NCBI GenBank assembly: GCA_963713865.1
Contig: OY970208.1
Coordinates: 1,920,001 to 1,984,000, forward strand
Direction: 5' to 3'
DNA: 64,000 bases
DNA from: an uncultured candidate division Zixibacteria bacterium
Lineage (GTDB): Bacteria > Zixibacteria > MSB-5A5 > RBG-16-43-9
The position numbers were made by a program, and so were the translations under genes. The number at the start of each line of letters is the position of its first letter. Position 1 is the first letter of the stretch. Positions 11,233-20,994 of this stretch are shown here, piece by piece. A model generated the notes under the pieces. It searched no databases and was not told where the DNA came from. It worked only from the letters and a program-made list of their open reading frames with translations.

Positions 11233-12210
11233 TTATATTTGTTCCTTAATATTTTTTAAAATCAACTTTTTAGCTGAATTCAAATCATGATTAAGAGTAC
11301 AGCCAGCTGCATTTTTATGTCCGCCACCTCCAAAAATTCTGGCAAGCGAGGCGACATCAAAAGAATTCTGAGATCTCAAACTAACCTTGGTAAGAGTTTT
11401 ATTTTTTTGCTTGAATAAAGCCCCTACTTCAACTCCCTTTAGAAAAAGGGAATAATCCACAAAACCCTCGATATCTTCGACTGGGACTTTAAAATCCTTT
11501 AAGTTCTTTTGGCCGATCACCATAAAAGACACTTTCCCGTCTTCCAAGACCTCAAGATTTTGAAGGACAAAACCCAACAGTCTCAAGGCTGGCTCCGAAT
11601 TGTTGTAATAGATTTGATTATTAATCACCTTAGGATTTGCACCACGACTTATCAAATCCGCACAAATTTTCAAAGACTTCGGAGTAGTGTTGGAAAATCT
11701 AAATCTTCCCGTATCAGTGAGAATAGCCGAATAAAGCTGAGTGGCTACCTCTTTATTCAGCTTATAACCAGCATAGATTAATAATTCATAAATTATCTCG
11801 CCTAAGGCGCTGGCTTCTGTATCTATACAATTCAGATCCCCAAAAGCAGAATTGTCCGGGTGATGATCAAGATTGACGATTTTGTTACCCTCACGTATAA
11901 GCTCTCTTACTTTCCCAATCCTTTCCAGATTTGGGCATTCTAAAACAAAAACCATATCCGCATCCCAGGTTTTGATTGATGGGGAATCTAAATCCTCAAT
12001 CGATCTTTTATCATCTAAGAATAAATAGCGTGAAGGTGTTTTACCCCAGTTGATTATCCTGACTTCCTTGGCTAAACTATCAAGCCAGCCTTTCAAAGCT
12101 AACTGTGAGCCAATCGAATCACCATCTGGATCTATATGAGAGGTTATCAAAATCCTTTTGGATTTTTCAACCAATTCTATAATCTGATCAGATTTCTCCT
12201 TCATCTTCAT
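11233..12210 (-). CDS. nrnA: DHH/DHHA1 bifunctional oligoribonuclease/PAP phosphatase
   Basis: HIDPDGD, DHH, DTGRF, GGGHKNAAG. Confidence 0.92.
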   Translation of the reverse strand: MKMKEKSDQIIELVEKSKRILITSHIDPDGDSIGSQLALKGWLDSLAKEVRIINWGKTPSRYLFLDDKRSIEDLDSPSIKTWDADMVFVLECPNLERIGKVRELIREGNKIVNLDHHPDNSAFGDLNCIDTEASALGEIIYELLIYAGYKLNKEVATQLYSAILTDTGRFRFSNTTPKSLKICADLISRGANPKVINNQIYYNNSEPALRLLGFVLQNLEVLEDGKVSFMVIGQKNLKDFKVPVEDIEGFVDYSLFLKGVEVGALFKQKNKTLTKVSLRSQNSFDVASLARIFGGGGHKNAAGCTLNHDLNSAKKLILKNIKEQI

Positions 12211-12559
12211 TCCTGGAGGTCTTTTGCACCTGTTTTAAAAGTTGTTCAATTCGCTCGGCTTTTTCAATGGTATGATCATATTCAAAACTGATCTCCGGCG
12301 TATGTTTTAGCCTGATCCTTTTTCCTATTTCTCTCTGGATATAACCTTTGGCACGCTTTAAACCCTGCTGACTTTCTTTTTTAGCTTTTTCATCACCCAG
12401 CACCGTATAGAAGATTTTGGCATATCTCAAATCATCCGTAAGCTCTACATCTATTACCGTGATGAATCCTAATTTTGGATCTTTCAAGCCATGTAAGATA
12501 ATCTCTGAGACATCTTTTCTGATCTGATCACCTATCCTTGAAGACCTTTTGTATTGCAT
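12188..12559 (-). CDS. rbfA: Ribosome-binding factor A
   Basis: LKDPKLGFITV...DLRYAKIF...HTPEISFEYD; position between infB and truB. Confidence 0.96.
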   Translation of the reverse strand: MQYKRSSRIGDQIRKDVSEIILHGLKDPKLGFITVIDVELTDDLRYAKIFYTVLGDEKAKKESQQGLKRAKGYIQREIGKRIRLKHTPEISFEYDHTIEKAERIEQLLKQVQKTSRNEDEGEI

Positions 12560-12560
12560 A

Positions 12561-12842
12561 TTACCTTATCTCCATCGAATAATCCAGCACCACCACACCA
12601 TTCTCTTTATGGAGTAGCTCGACTAGCTGTGAGAGTATTTGATTGACGAACTTCCCCTGGTTAGCTACAATTGCCACCCCTAAGGTTGTCCTTTGCCACA
12701 GATCGTTATTCTCCACTTCAGCTATTGATACGTTAAATCGATTTCTAATGCGATCTTTAATCCTTTTTAAGATCCGTCTTTTACTTTTTAGTGAACCGCT
12801 TTCCGGGAGATGAATTTCAATAGAACAGATGCCAACTACCAT
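12561..12842 (-). CDS. DUF503 (YlxP-like) protein
   Basis: SLKSKR...RFNVSIAEV...WQR signature; infB-rbfA context. Confidence 0.9.
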   Translation of the reverse strand: MVVGICSIEIHLPESGSLKSKRRILKRIKDRIRNRFNVSIAEVENNDLWQRTTLGVAIVANQGKFVNQILSQLVELLHKENGVVVLDYSMEIR

Positions 12843-12852
12843 ATATCAAATT

Positions 12853-15078
12853 CTAATTTTCTAACTTACGAGCCAGCTCCGTAATCTCATAAGCCTCGAT
12901 TATATCGCCAGTTTTAAGGTCATTAAAATTTTCGATCTTTACGCCACATTCGAATCCAGAATTGACTTCTCTTACATCCTCTTTAAATCTTTTTAAGGAG
13001 GAAATAAGTCCTTTGTATATATTTATACCATCCCTTATCAGCCTAATCTGATCCCCTCTTTTTAAACTTCCACTCAGAACATAAACCCCAGCCACCTGAC
13101 CGATTTTGGAAACCTTAAAAACATTCCTTACCTCTGAGGTCCCGGATATCTGCTCCTGTCTCTCCGGTTCTAAGAGTCCTTCTAATAAACCCTTGATATC
13201 TTTTTCTGCCTCATAGATTATGTTATAGAACTTAATTATCACTTTCTCTCTGTGGGCTATCTCTCTGGCTCGAAAATCAGGATGGACGTGGAAACCGATG
13301 ATTATTGCTTTTGAAGCTAAAGCCAAAAGAACATCGCTTTCGTTTATTGCTCCAACCCCTTTATGAATCACCCTCAATTTAACTTCCGGAGATGAGATCC
13401 TTTCCAGAATATCAGATAGGGCTTCAACCGAACCATCCACATCCCCTTTGATGATTACTTTCAGTTCTTTGATCTTTCCTTCAGCAATCTGATCGTAGAT
13501 CGTGCCCAAACCGGCTTTTTCTAAGAATCTGTACTCCTGTTCTCGCTTCAGTCTTGATCTCTTACTGCTGATCTCCCGAGCTTCTTGCTCATCTTTCATC
13601 ACCATAAAAGAATCTCCAGCTTGAGGAACACCAAACAAGCCTAAAACTTGAATCGGGTTGGAAGGACCTGCTTCCTTCATGTAATTCCCTCTTTCATCTA
13701 ACATTGCCCTTACTCTACCAAAATATGAACCGGCAACAAAAATATCACCTATTCTCAAGGTTCCCTTCTGAATTAAAACAGTTGCTATGGGACCTCTTCC
13801 CCGATCTAACCTTGACTCTATCACCACCCCAGAAGCGTTCTTAAAAGGGTCTGCTTTTAATTCTAACATCTCAGCTTGCAAGAGTACCATCTCCAGAAGG
13901 CGATCTATACCCTGACCAGTTTTCGCTGAAATCTCGCGGATAATAGTTTTACCACCCCACTCCTCTGGGATTAAGCCATATTTAGCGATTTGGTGTTTGA
14001 TCGTTTCACTATCCGCACCAGGCAGATCCATCTTATTGATCGCCACTATTATTGGTACTCCAGCGGCTTTGGCATGATCGATAGCCTCTATGGTCTGGGG
14101 CATTACACTGTCATCTGCCGCAATAACTAAAACCACAACATCGGTTACTTGAGCACCTCTAGCTCTCATAGCTGTAAAAGCCTCATGACCAGGGGTATCT
14201 AAAAAAGTTATTTTCCCTTTAGGCAGGACAACTTCATATGCTCCAATGTGTTGAGTAATTCCCCCAAATTCACCTGCAATGATATTACTTTTACGAATGT
14301 AATCCAGAAGGGAGGTTTTACCATGGTCTACATGCCCCATAATAGTGACTACTGGAGGGCGAGATCTTAAATCTTGGACTTCTTCAACCTCCTCCTTAAC
14401 TCCGTATTCTTCGATCTCTTCTACTTCAAACCCAAACTCTAAGGCAATAGTCTCCAGGGTATCCAGATCCAGCCTCTGATTGATACTGGCAACAAAACCT
14501 AACTCCAAACATTTACTGATCACCTCTGCTGGTTTAACCCCTATCAGATTTGCCAGTTCAGCTACAGACATATATTCTGTCACCTGTAGCTTTTTAGCTG
14601 GCTCTACCTCCTCGGTTATTTCATCTCTTTCCCTCTTTTTATATCTCTTCTGTCTTTTTAAACTATCTATTTGCGCCAAAGTCTTTTTAACGCTCTCTTC
14701 AACTTCTTTCTGATCAACTTTTCTTTCTGGTTTAATTTTCTTAAATTTCCCTTTTCTCCGCTTCTCAAAAGATATAAATTCTTCCTTCTTTTTTACATCT
14801 GTATCTCTGGGTTTTAATTTTTCTTTAACACTTTCTTCCCGGTAACGTTCTTCGGCCATTTTTTCTCTTTCTTCCAGCTTCTTCCGCTTGAGCACATCTT
14901 CTTTTTTAAGCTCCTCCTTCTCTTTTCTGAATTTATCCTCAATCGCCCTTAACATCTTCTCTTCCACCACGCTCATATGGCTTTTGACTAAAAAGCCCAA
15001 TTCCTTCAGCATGGATAGAAGAGCATCGCTGGAGATATTATAATCCTTAGCTACTTGATATACTCTTTTACTGCTCAA
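12853..15078 (-). CDS. infB: Translation initiation factor IF-2
   Basis: GHVDHGKT, DTPGH, NKMD GTPase motifs; likely TTG start at 15078 with AAGGAG RBS (ORF track start is 15096). Confidence 0.98.
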   Translation of the reverse strand: MSSKRVYQVAKDYNISSDALLSMLKELGFLVKSHMSVVEEKMLRAIEDKFRKEKEELKKEDVLKRKKLEEREKMAEERYREESVKEKLKPRDTDVKKKEEFISFEKRRKGKFKKIKPERKVDQKEVEESVKKTLAQIDSLKRQKRYKKRERDEITEEVEPAKKLQVTEYMSVAELANLIGVKPAEVISKCLELGFVASINQRLDLDTLETIALEFGFEVEEIEEYGVKEEVEEVQDLRSRPPVVTIMGHVDHGKTSLLDYIRKSNIIAGEFGGITQHIGAYEVVLPKGKITFLDTPGHEAFTAMRARGAQVTDVVVLVIAADDSVMPQTIEAIDHAKAAGVPIIVAINKMDLPGADSETIKHQIAKYGLIPEEWGGKTIIREISAKTGQGIDRLLEMVLLQAEMLELKADPFKNASGVVIESRLDRGRGPIATVLIQKGTLRIGDIFVAGSYFGRVRAMLDERGNYMKEAGPSNPIQVLGLFGVPQAGDSFMVMKDEQEAREISSKRSRLKREQEYRFLEKAGLGTIYDQIAEGKIKELKVIIKGDVDGSVEALSDILERISSPEVKLRVIHKGVGAINESDVLLALASKAIIIGFHVHPDFRAREIAHREKVIIKFYNIIYEAEKDIKGLLEGLLEPERQEQISGTSEVRNVFKVSKIGQVAGVYVLSGSLKRGDQIRLIRDGINIYKGLISSLKRFKEDVREVNSGFECGVKIENFNDLKTGDIIEAYEITELARKLEN

Positions 15079-16360
15079 TCTTTTTGCTCCTTTCATTTGT
15101 CTTGCCAGGTTGAGCAGGGGTCAAGTATCTTTTGGCAGATTCTATTAAAGATCGAGCCTTTTTTTCACCTACTCCCTCGATCTTCATCAATTCCTTAAGG
15201 TTGGTTTTAGCCAAGTCTTGAACGCTATCGATCCCAGCTGAGAGCAACTTTTCCTTGAGCTTCTCACCGACTCCCTGGAGTTCGGTTATAACGATTTCTG
15301 GTCCGGTTTCTAACTTTTTCTGTGCTTTATAATCGGTTTCACTTAATATGTTAATCTTCCAACCGGTTAGTTTGGAAGCCAGCTTGGCATTCTGTCCACC
15401 TTTACCAATAGCTAAAGATAGTTTATCATCTTCAACTACTGCAACCATGCTTTTCTCATCTGGATAAACATCTAACTTGATGGTCTTGGCTGGAGCTAAT
15501 GCTCTGGTCACAAAATTTTCCGGGATCGCACTCCAGGGAACAATGTCTATCCTTTCGTTACTCAGTTCCCGGACGATACTCTGTACCCGAACTCCTTTGA
15601 CTCCTACACAGGCACCCACTGGATCAATCCGGTCATCTATGGAGCTTACCGCTATTTTGGATCTCTCCCCTGGCTCGCGGGCTATAGCCTTGATCTCGAT
15701 TATCCTCTCAAAGATTTCCGGTACCTCTAACTCAAATAATCTAACCAAAAGTATCGGACTCACTCTGGAAAGAACGATCGAAGGACCTTTAGCACTTTTT
15801 TCTACATTAAGGATACAGGCCCTAATCCGGTCCCCCTGCCTGTATTTCTCTTTCTGGATTTGTTCTTTTGGCGGAAGAATTGCCTCAGCCTTACCCAGGT
15901 TCACTAAAATATTACCCTTTTCTACCTGTTGAATAGTACCAGTTACCAGCTCACCTGCTCTATCTTTATACTCTTCGTAAATCTTTTCCCTCTCCGCTTC
16001 TCTGACTTTCTGGGTTAATATCTGTTTAGCGGTCAATATCGCATTTCTACCAAACGCTTCAAATCCTATAGGGATTATAATCTCTTGACCTAATTCAGCT
16101 TCCTTTTCAATTTTCTTGGCTTCTTCTAAAGATATCTCTATATTTGGATCAGTTATCTTATCCACTATTTTTTTTGTGGCAGATATCTTGATTTCGCCAG
16201 TTTTTAAATCTACTTTAACTTTTAGATTGTCTGCATTTCCAAATTTCTTCTTCGCTGCTAATAAAAGACTTGATTCTAAAGTCTCAACTACATATTCCAT
16301 CTCGATATTCTTATCTTTGGTAATCTGCTGTAAAGCTTCTAAGATCTCAGAACTCATCAA
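15068..16360 (-). CDS. nusA: Transcription termination factor NusA with C-terminal HhH extension
   Basis: FGRNAI, AREPGERSKIAV, DPVGACVG, AIGKGGQNAKLA. Confidence 0.98.
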   Translation of the reverse strand: MMSSEILEALQQITKDKNIEMEYVVETLESSLLLAAKKKFGNADNLKVKVDLKTGEIKISATKKIVDKITDPNIEISLEEAKKIEKEAELGQEIIIPIGFEAFGRNAILTAKQILTQKVREAEREKIYEEYKDRAGELVTGTIQQVEKGNILVNLGKAEAILPPKEQIQKEKYRQGDRIRACILNVEKSAKGPSIVLSRVSPILLVRLFELEVPEIFERIIEIKAIAREPGERSKIAVSSIDDRIDPVGACVGVKGVRVQSIVRELSNERIDIVPWSAIPENFVTRALAPAKTIKLDVYPDEKSMVAVVEDDKLSLAIGKGGQNAKLASKLTGWKINILSETDYKAQKKLETGPEIVITELQGVGEKLKEKLLSAGIDSVQDLAKTNLKELMKIEGVGEKKARSLIESAKRYLTPAQPGKTNERSKKIEQ

Positions 16361-16370
16361 ACTACTCCTC

Positions 16371-16826
16371 TTAAATTATAATTTTCCCCTTCTCAATTTT
16401 CTCCCAGTGGATAGCTACAACCTCGTTCTCCACCTTTAACATGACTCCTTCTTCACGGACACTAACTATTTCTCCTGTAAATTCAGTTTTTTTCTCTAGT
16501 GTAGCTTTAAGGTAAACCTTAACATTTTCTCCTATTTTTCTCCTGAAATCATCCAAGCTCAAAAGCGGTCTATCTAAACCTGGAGAGGAAATCTCCAGGG
16601 TATAGCTTTCTTCGATTAAATCTTCAGTATCCAGATAATCAGAAAGCTTATGGCTCAAATGAACACATTCTTCAATATTTACTCCACCTACTTTATCTAC
16701 ATAGATCCTCAGGAGTGAATGGGGTGGTTTCCCCACAAGTTCCAACTCCACAAGTTCCAACTCCTGCTCTTTAATTAAAGACAAGAGCTTTTCTTTTAAA
16801 ATCTCTTCCAATTCAGACAAAATCAC
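16371..16826 (-). CDS. rimP: Ribosome maturation factor RimP
   Basis: LRIYVD, YTLEISSPGLDRPL. Confidence 0.96.
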   Translation of the reverse strand: MILSELEEILKEKLLSLIKEQELELVELELVGKPPHSLLRIYVDKVGGVNIEECVHLSHKLSDYLDTEDLIEESYTLEISSPGLDRPLLSLDDFRRKIGENVKVYLKATLEKKTEFTGEIVSVREEGVMLKVENEVVAIHWEKIEKGKIII

Positions 16827-16886
16827 TAGCCCTCAAAACAATATTATACGCTTCAGACTTTTAAACCTTTGACATTTCGACACTTA

Positions 16887-16910
16887 AAAGAGTGGGGAAA
16901 CCCACTCTTT
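16887..16910 (-). promoter_or_regulatory. rimP leader hairpin (attenuator-like)
   Basis: Perfect 10-bp stem AAAGAGTGGG-TTTC-CCCACTCTTT just downstream of the promoter; GAGTGGG/CCCACTC leaders are typical upstream of rimP-nusA. Confidence 0.75.
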
Positions 16911-16915
16911 CAGAT

Positions 16916-16944
16916 AATATAATTACCTTAGTTCTAAAAAGCAA
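16916..16944 (-). promoter_or_regulatory. Sigma70-type promoter of the rimP-nusA-infB operon
   Basis: TTGCTT-N17-TATATT. Confidence 0.6.
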
Positions 16945-16951
16945 CTATTTT

Positions 16952-18676
16952 TTAAGACTCCAACTCCTTTAATATCTTAAGGAAACTATCCAAAACCTCA
17001 CCCTTTCTTATTAAAACCTGTGCCTTACTCCCTCTCACTTGCACCTCTACTTTATCTTCTTTAAGGCTTCTCTCTCCTATGGTTATCCTTAAAGGAATTC
17101 CAATCAGGTCAGCATCATTGAACTTAACCCCGGCTCGTTCATCTCGATCATCCAGAAGCACCTCGAAATTATTTTCCTGCATTTTATGATAGATTTCAGA
17201 TGCCACTTCTCTTTGTTTCTCATCCTGAATATTTACCGGAACAACCTCGACTAAAAAAGGTGCTATTGGTACAGGCCAGATTATCCCAAAATCATCGTGA
17301 AATTTTTCTACAGCTGCTTGTGCGGTCCTGGTTATCCCCACCCCATAGGAACCCATTATAAAAAATTTCTCTTTACCTTGTTCATCTATAAAGGTAGCAT
17401 TTAAAGCCTGGCTATACTTAGTGCCTAACATAAAGGTGTTACCTACCTCTATCCCTTTATCTATTTTCAACTTGCCTTTCTGACATTTAGGGCACAGCTC
17501 ACCTGCAGTAGCATTTCTAATATCTACAACTGCATCGACTTTAAAATCACGGTCAAGATTTACATTTACCAGATGTGAATCATCTGCATTTGCCCCGGTT
17601 ACAAAGTTAATCATCGACAGAAGTTCCTTATCCCCTATCAATTTAATGTTTTTTAAACCACCAGGACCAGCATATCCTACCTGCGCTCCCGTTATCTTTT
17701 GAACAGTTATTGAATCCGCCATCTCTAATTCGATAACTTTAAGATTGTTCTTAAGTTTGGTCTCATTAATCTGTCGATCTCCACGGATTAAAACAGCTAT
17801 TACCTCTCCATCTGCCTTATATAGAAGAGTCTTCACCAATTTTTTAGCAGGCACATTTAAAAATCCAGTAACCTCTTCCACGGTTTTCATATTTGGAGTA
17901 GCAACTTTTTGGATTGGCTTCTTAGTTTCCACGGTCTCGGGAATAACCGGCTCAATTGAAATGGCTTTCTCGATATTGGCGGCATAGTCGCAATCTTCAC
18001 AGGTAAATATTATATTCTCACCCCCATCCGTATCCACGATTACCATAAACTCATGGGCGGCTTTCCCTCCCATAGCTCCGGTATCAGACTCTACTAATTT
18101 TGTCTCTAAACCACATCTTTTAAAAATCTTAAAATAAGCATTAATCATCTTCTGATAGCTGAGCTTGAAATTTTCCTCGTCCGCATCAAATGAATAAGCA
18201 TCTTTCATAATGAACTCTCGCGATCTCATCAGTCCAAATCTGGGTCTTATCTCATCCCTGAATTTATTCTGGATCTGATAAAGATTTAATGGAAGCTGGC
18301 GATAAGACCTCAACTCCCCTTTTATCAAAAAGGTTACCACCTCTTCATGAGTACCACCCAGGACTAAATCCCTTAGATGCCGATCTTTCATCTTCATCAA
18401 CTCTTTTCCCACGGTCTCCCATCTTTTAGTCGCCTGCCAGAGTTCGGCTGGATGTAATACTGGCATCAATATCTCTTGAGCACCAGCTCGATTCATCTCT
18501 TCTCTAACTATCTGAGTAATTTTCAACAACACCCTTTGCATCAGAGGAAGATAATTATATACACCAGCCGCTAATTTACGGATATATCCAGCCCGAACTA
18601 AAAGCTTATGAGAGATAAGTTCCGACTCAGCCGGGTCCTCTCTTAAAGTGGGAATATATGTTTCAGACCATTTCAT
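16952..18676 (-). CDS. proS: Proline--tRNA ligase with INS editing domain
   Basis: FRDEIRPRFGLMRSREF, internal YbaK-like INS domain (KKLVKTLLY), MGSYGVGITR. Confidence 0.98.
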   Translation of the reverse strand: MKWSETYIPTLREDPAESELISHKLLVRAGYIRKLAAGVYNYLPLMQRVLLKITQIVREEMNRAGAQEILMPVLHPAELWQATKRWETVGKELMKMKDRHLRDLVLGGTHEEVVTFLIKGELRSYRQLPLNLYQIQNKFRDEIRPRFGLMRSREFIMKDAYSFDADEENFKLSYQKMINAYFKIFKRCGLETKLVESDTGAMGGKAAHEFMVIVDTDGGENIIFTCEDCDYAANIEKAISIEPVIPETVETKKPIQKVATPNMKTVEEVTGFLNVPAKKLVKTLLYKADGEVIAVLIRGDRQINETKLKNNLKVIELEMADSITVQKITGAQVGYAGPGGLKNIKLIGDKELLSMINFVTGANADDSHLVNVNLDRDFKVDAVVDIRNATAGELCPKCQKGKLKIDKGIEVGNTFMLGTKYSQALNATFIDEQGKEKFFIMGSYGVGITRTAQAAVEKFHDDFGIIWPVPIAPFLVEVVPVNIQDEKQREVASEIYHKMQENNFEVLLDDRDERAGVKFNDADLIGIPLRITIGERSLKEDKVEVQVRGSKAQVLIRKGEVLDSFLKILKELES

Positions 18677-18748
18677 AATTTTGCGTCTCGCTATTTGGTT
18701 TTATTTCTTTTCTAATCACTAATCCCTGATCACCAATCACTATTTTAA

Positions 18749-18821
18749 TACCCCTGACCCGACTTGAACGGGTGCTCGCGGCTCCGGAGGCCGCTGCTCT
18801 ATCCAACTGAGCTACAGGGGC
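18749..18821 (-). tRNA. tRNA-Arg(CCG), CCA not encoded
   Basis: GCCCCTG/CAGGGGT acceptor stem, anticodon arm GCGGC-CT CCG GA-GCCGC, T-loop GTTCAAGT. Confidence 0.95.
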
Positions 18822-18902
18822 AGTAAAAAAACAATCTAAAGTCTATCGGCAAAAGGCCATAGTTTTAAAAAGCTACAAGCTACTTGCTACAAGCTTTTAG
18901 CT

Positions 18903-19388
18903 CTATTTAAAATAGACAATCTCTCCCCAGATTTTACCTTCATCCGTATGGAGTATTCCATAGCTTTTCTGCCAGGATAAAAAATTTCCAGCACAACTCC
19001 CTGGATTAAAAAAAAGAGTATCTCCTTTTTTTTGGTTATACGGACTATGGGAATGGCCAAAGATAATCACCTCTAATTTTCCGTCAAACTCTTTATATAC
19101 CTTTTCGGCTAAATTAAAAGGAGAACCCGAACCATGAAGCAGTCCTATTTTAAATCCTGAGAGCTCAATTATTGTCTTTAACGGGAGAATTTCTTTTATC
19201 TCCGGGCAATCCATATTACCGCAAACCGCATAAAGAGAGGTTAATTTCTCTAACTCCCGGTAGGTTTTTATTGAGGTGAAATCTCCAGCATGAAAGATTA
19301 TATCCTCTTTCTTAATATTTTCTGCAAACTTCTGAGGAAGTTCTAAAGCTCTTTCCGGGATATGAGTGTCTGAGATAACATAGATCAT
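18903..19388 (-). CDS. YfcE/MJ0936-type metallophosphoesterase
   Basis: SDTH, HAGD, GNMD, GHSH, NPGS. Confidence 0.92.
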   Translation of the reverse strand: MIYVISDTHIPERALELPQKFAENIKKEDIIFHAGDFTSIKTYRELEKLTSLYAVCGNMDCPEIKEILPLKTIIELSGFKIGLLHGSGSPFNLAEKVYKEFDGKLEVIIFGHSHSPYNQKKGDTLFFNPGSCAGNFLSWQKSYGILHTDEGKIWGEIVYFK

Positions 19389-19483
19389 TATCTGAGCTTT
19401 TTCTTATGCCGATCCCTTCTCAGCCTTTTTTTTCTCTTATGGGTTTTGATCTTATGTTTTTTCCTTTTCCTTCCGCAGGGCAT
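19388..19483 (-). CDS. Small basic protein, AURKAIP1/COX24 (bS22/mS38-like) family, 31 aa
   Basis: MPCGRKRKKHKIKTHKRKKRLRRDRHKKKLR*; AGGAG RBS; TAATG overlap with the next gene; below the ORF-track size cutoff. Confidence 0.8.
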   Translation of the reverse strand: MPCGRKRKKHKIKTHKRKKRLRRDRHKKKLR

Positions 19484-19495
19484 CTTTTCTCCTTT

Positions 19496-19777
19496 CTAAT
19501 CCTGCTTAATTATCAGTTCCTTGAATTCGTTTGAGGGCTTGAAAACCGGAACTTTTCTATCCGGAACCGGAACTTCCTCGCCCGTGCGTGGATTACGAGC
19601 TTTTCTGGCTTTACGAGGTTTGATCTTGAAAGTCCCAAACCCGCGAATTTCTATATTGTTTCCTTCTTTCATCGCTAGCTTAATTGCATCTAAAAAGCCA
19701 TCCACTATCACTGCTACATCAGTGCGCGTTAATCCCGTTTTCTCCGCTATCTTCTCGACCAAATCAGCTTTGGTCAT
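19496..19777 (-). CDS. HU/IHF family DNA-binding protein
   Basis: MTKADLV, IRGFGTF, ARNPRTGE, FKPS. Confidence 0.96.
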   Translation of the reverse strand: MTKADLVEKIAEKTGLTRTDVAVIVDGFLDAIKLAMKEGNNIEIRGFGTFKIKPRKARKARNPRTGEEVPVPDRKVPVFKPSNEFKELIIKQD

Positions 19778-19814
19778 CTTACACCTCCTTTAGTGATTTT
19801 GTATCTTGATTTTT

Positions 19815-20027
19815 CTAATTGCAATTATCACATTTTTTAGAGCTACAGCTGGTACAGGATGATCCTTTGGAGGAAACGAATCTATCACCAGAGGAAAAAC
19901 CAAAAACCGAAAAAATCCTTTCCCCTTTTCCACCACAGCCTGGACAATCTGTTTTCTCCTGGTTATTTAAAATCAGAACTTCAAACCTCTGTTTACATTT
20001 CCTGCAGATATATTCAAATATAGGCAT
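19815..20027 (-). CDS. FmdB family zinc-ribbon protein
   Basis: MPIFEYICRKC...CPGCG with Cys-rich tail. Confidence 0.88.
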   Translation of the reverse strand: MPIFEYICRKCKQRFEVLILNNQEKTDCPGCGGKGERIFSVFGFSSGDRFVSSKGSSCTSCSSKKCDNCN

Positions 20028-20069
20028 AAATTTTTAATTTCTTAAACCTTCTGTATATACGAAAGATTT

Positions 20070-20963
20070 TCAATTGAAAATATATTGAAGTTTAGGCATA
20101 AGCTGTTCATTAGATTTTAAATTGGTAATGGCTTTAAAGCTCTGAGTCAGGATATCGAGAACAGTTACTTTCTTAGGTTTTTCTCTAATAGTTTTGGGGA
20201 CCCCTTCTATCCCACCCATCTTTCCAGCTATTTTTATGGCATCCTCCAGATCGCCTAACTCATCTATTAACCCTAAATCCTTAGCCTGCCTCCCGGTAAA
20301 GACCCTTCCGTCTGCCAATTCTAATACTTTCTCCTGATCCAGCCCTCTACCTTCTACCACTGCTTTTACGAACTGATCATAAGTATCATCGATAACCGAC
20401 TGAAGCAAATCTCTCTCCTCCTTGGTCATCGGACGATTCCAGGTTCCAACCTCTTTCAGCTCACCCCTTTTAACCACCTCAAATCTCAAACCAATTTTCT
20501 TAAATAGCTCTTGCACCACTGGAAACTCAAAGATCACTCCTATGCTTCCGGTAAGAGTACCAGGGTTGGCTACGATTGTATCTGCAGCGCAGGCAACATA
20601 ATAGCCACCGGAGGCACCCAATCCTCTGAGTGAAGCTACAACTTTTTTACCATCCTCTTTAAACTTTAATACCTCTTCATAGATCTCCTGTGAAGGTACT
20701 ACCCCTCCCCCGGGGCTATCAATATCCAGGACTAAAGCCGGGATAGAGCTATCCTTAGCATATTTTTTAAGCTGTCTGATTATCTCATTTGAATTATTTA
20801 TGGTGCCATATATCTCGACTATGGCAACCTTCTTTCCGAAACTATAAAAATAGGTTCCTTCTTCTGTGGAAATTCCTGACAGCCCTATTAAAATAACGAA
20901 AAGAAAAAACAGGAAACTCAGGACTATTATCACGCCAATAATCAGATCACTTTTTTTAACCAC
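20070..20963 (-). CDS. sppA: Signal peptide peptidase SppA (S49)
   Basis: DSPGGG, ASGGYY, TGSIGV, DGRVFTG; N-terminal TM. Confidence 0.93.
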   Translation of the reverse strand: MVKKSDLIIGVIIVLSFLFFLFVILIGLSGISTEEGTYFYSFGKKVAIVEIYGTINNSNEIIRQLKKYAKDSSIPALVLDIDSPGGGVVPSQEIYEEVLKFKEDGKKVVASLRGLGASGGYYVACAADTIVANPGTLTGSIGVIFEFPVVQELFKKIGLRFEVVKRGELKEVGTWNRPMTKEERDLLQSVIDDTYDQFVKAVVEGRGLDQEKVLELADGRVFTGRQAKDLGLIDELGDLEDAIKIAGKMGGIEGVPKTIREKPKKVTVLDILTQSFKAITNLKSNEQLMPKLQYIFN

Positions 20964-20994
20964 TTAACCTCCTGAAAAAGAGCAATTGAAATCC

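Noticed and set aside
18711-18895. Degenerate 7-8-nt tandem repeats around tRNA-Arg (also near 16855 and 43884-43960)
   Set aside because: Short low-complexity intergenic repeats with no supportable function.
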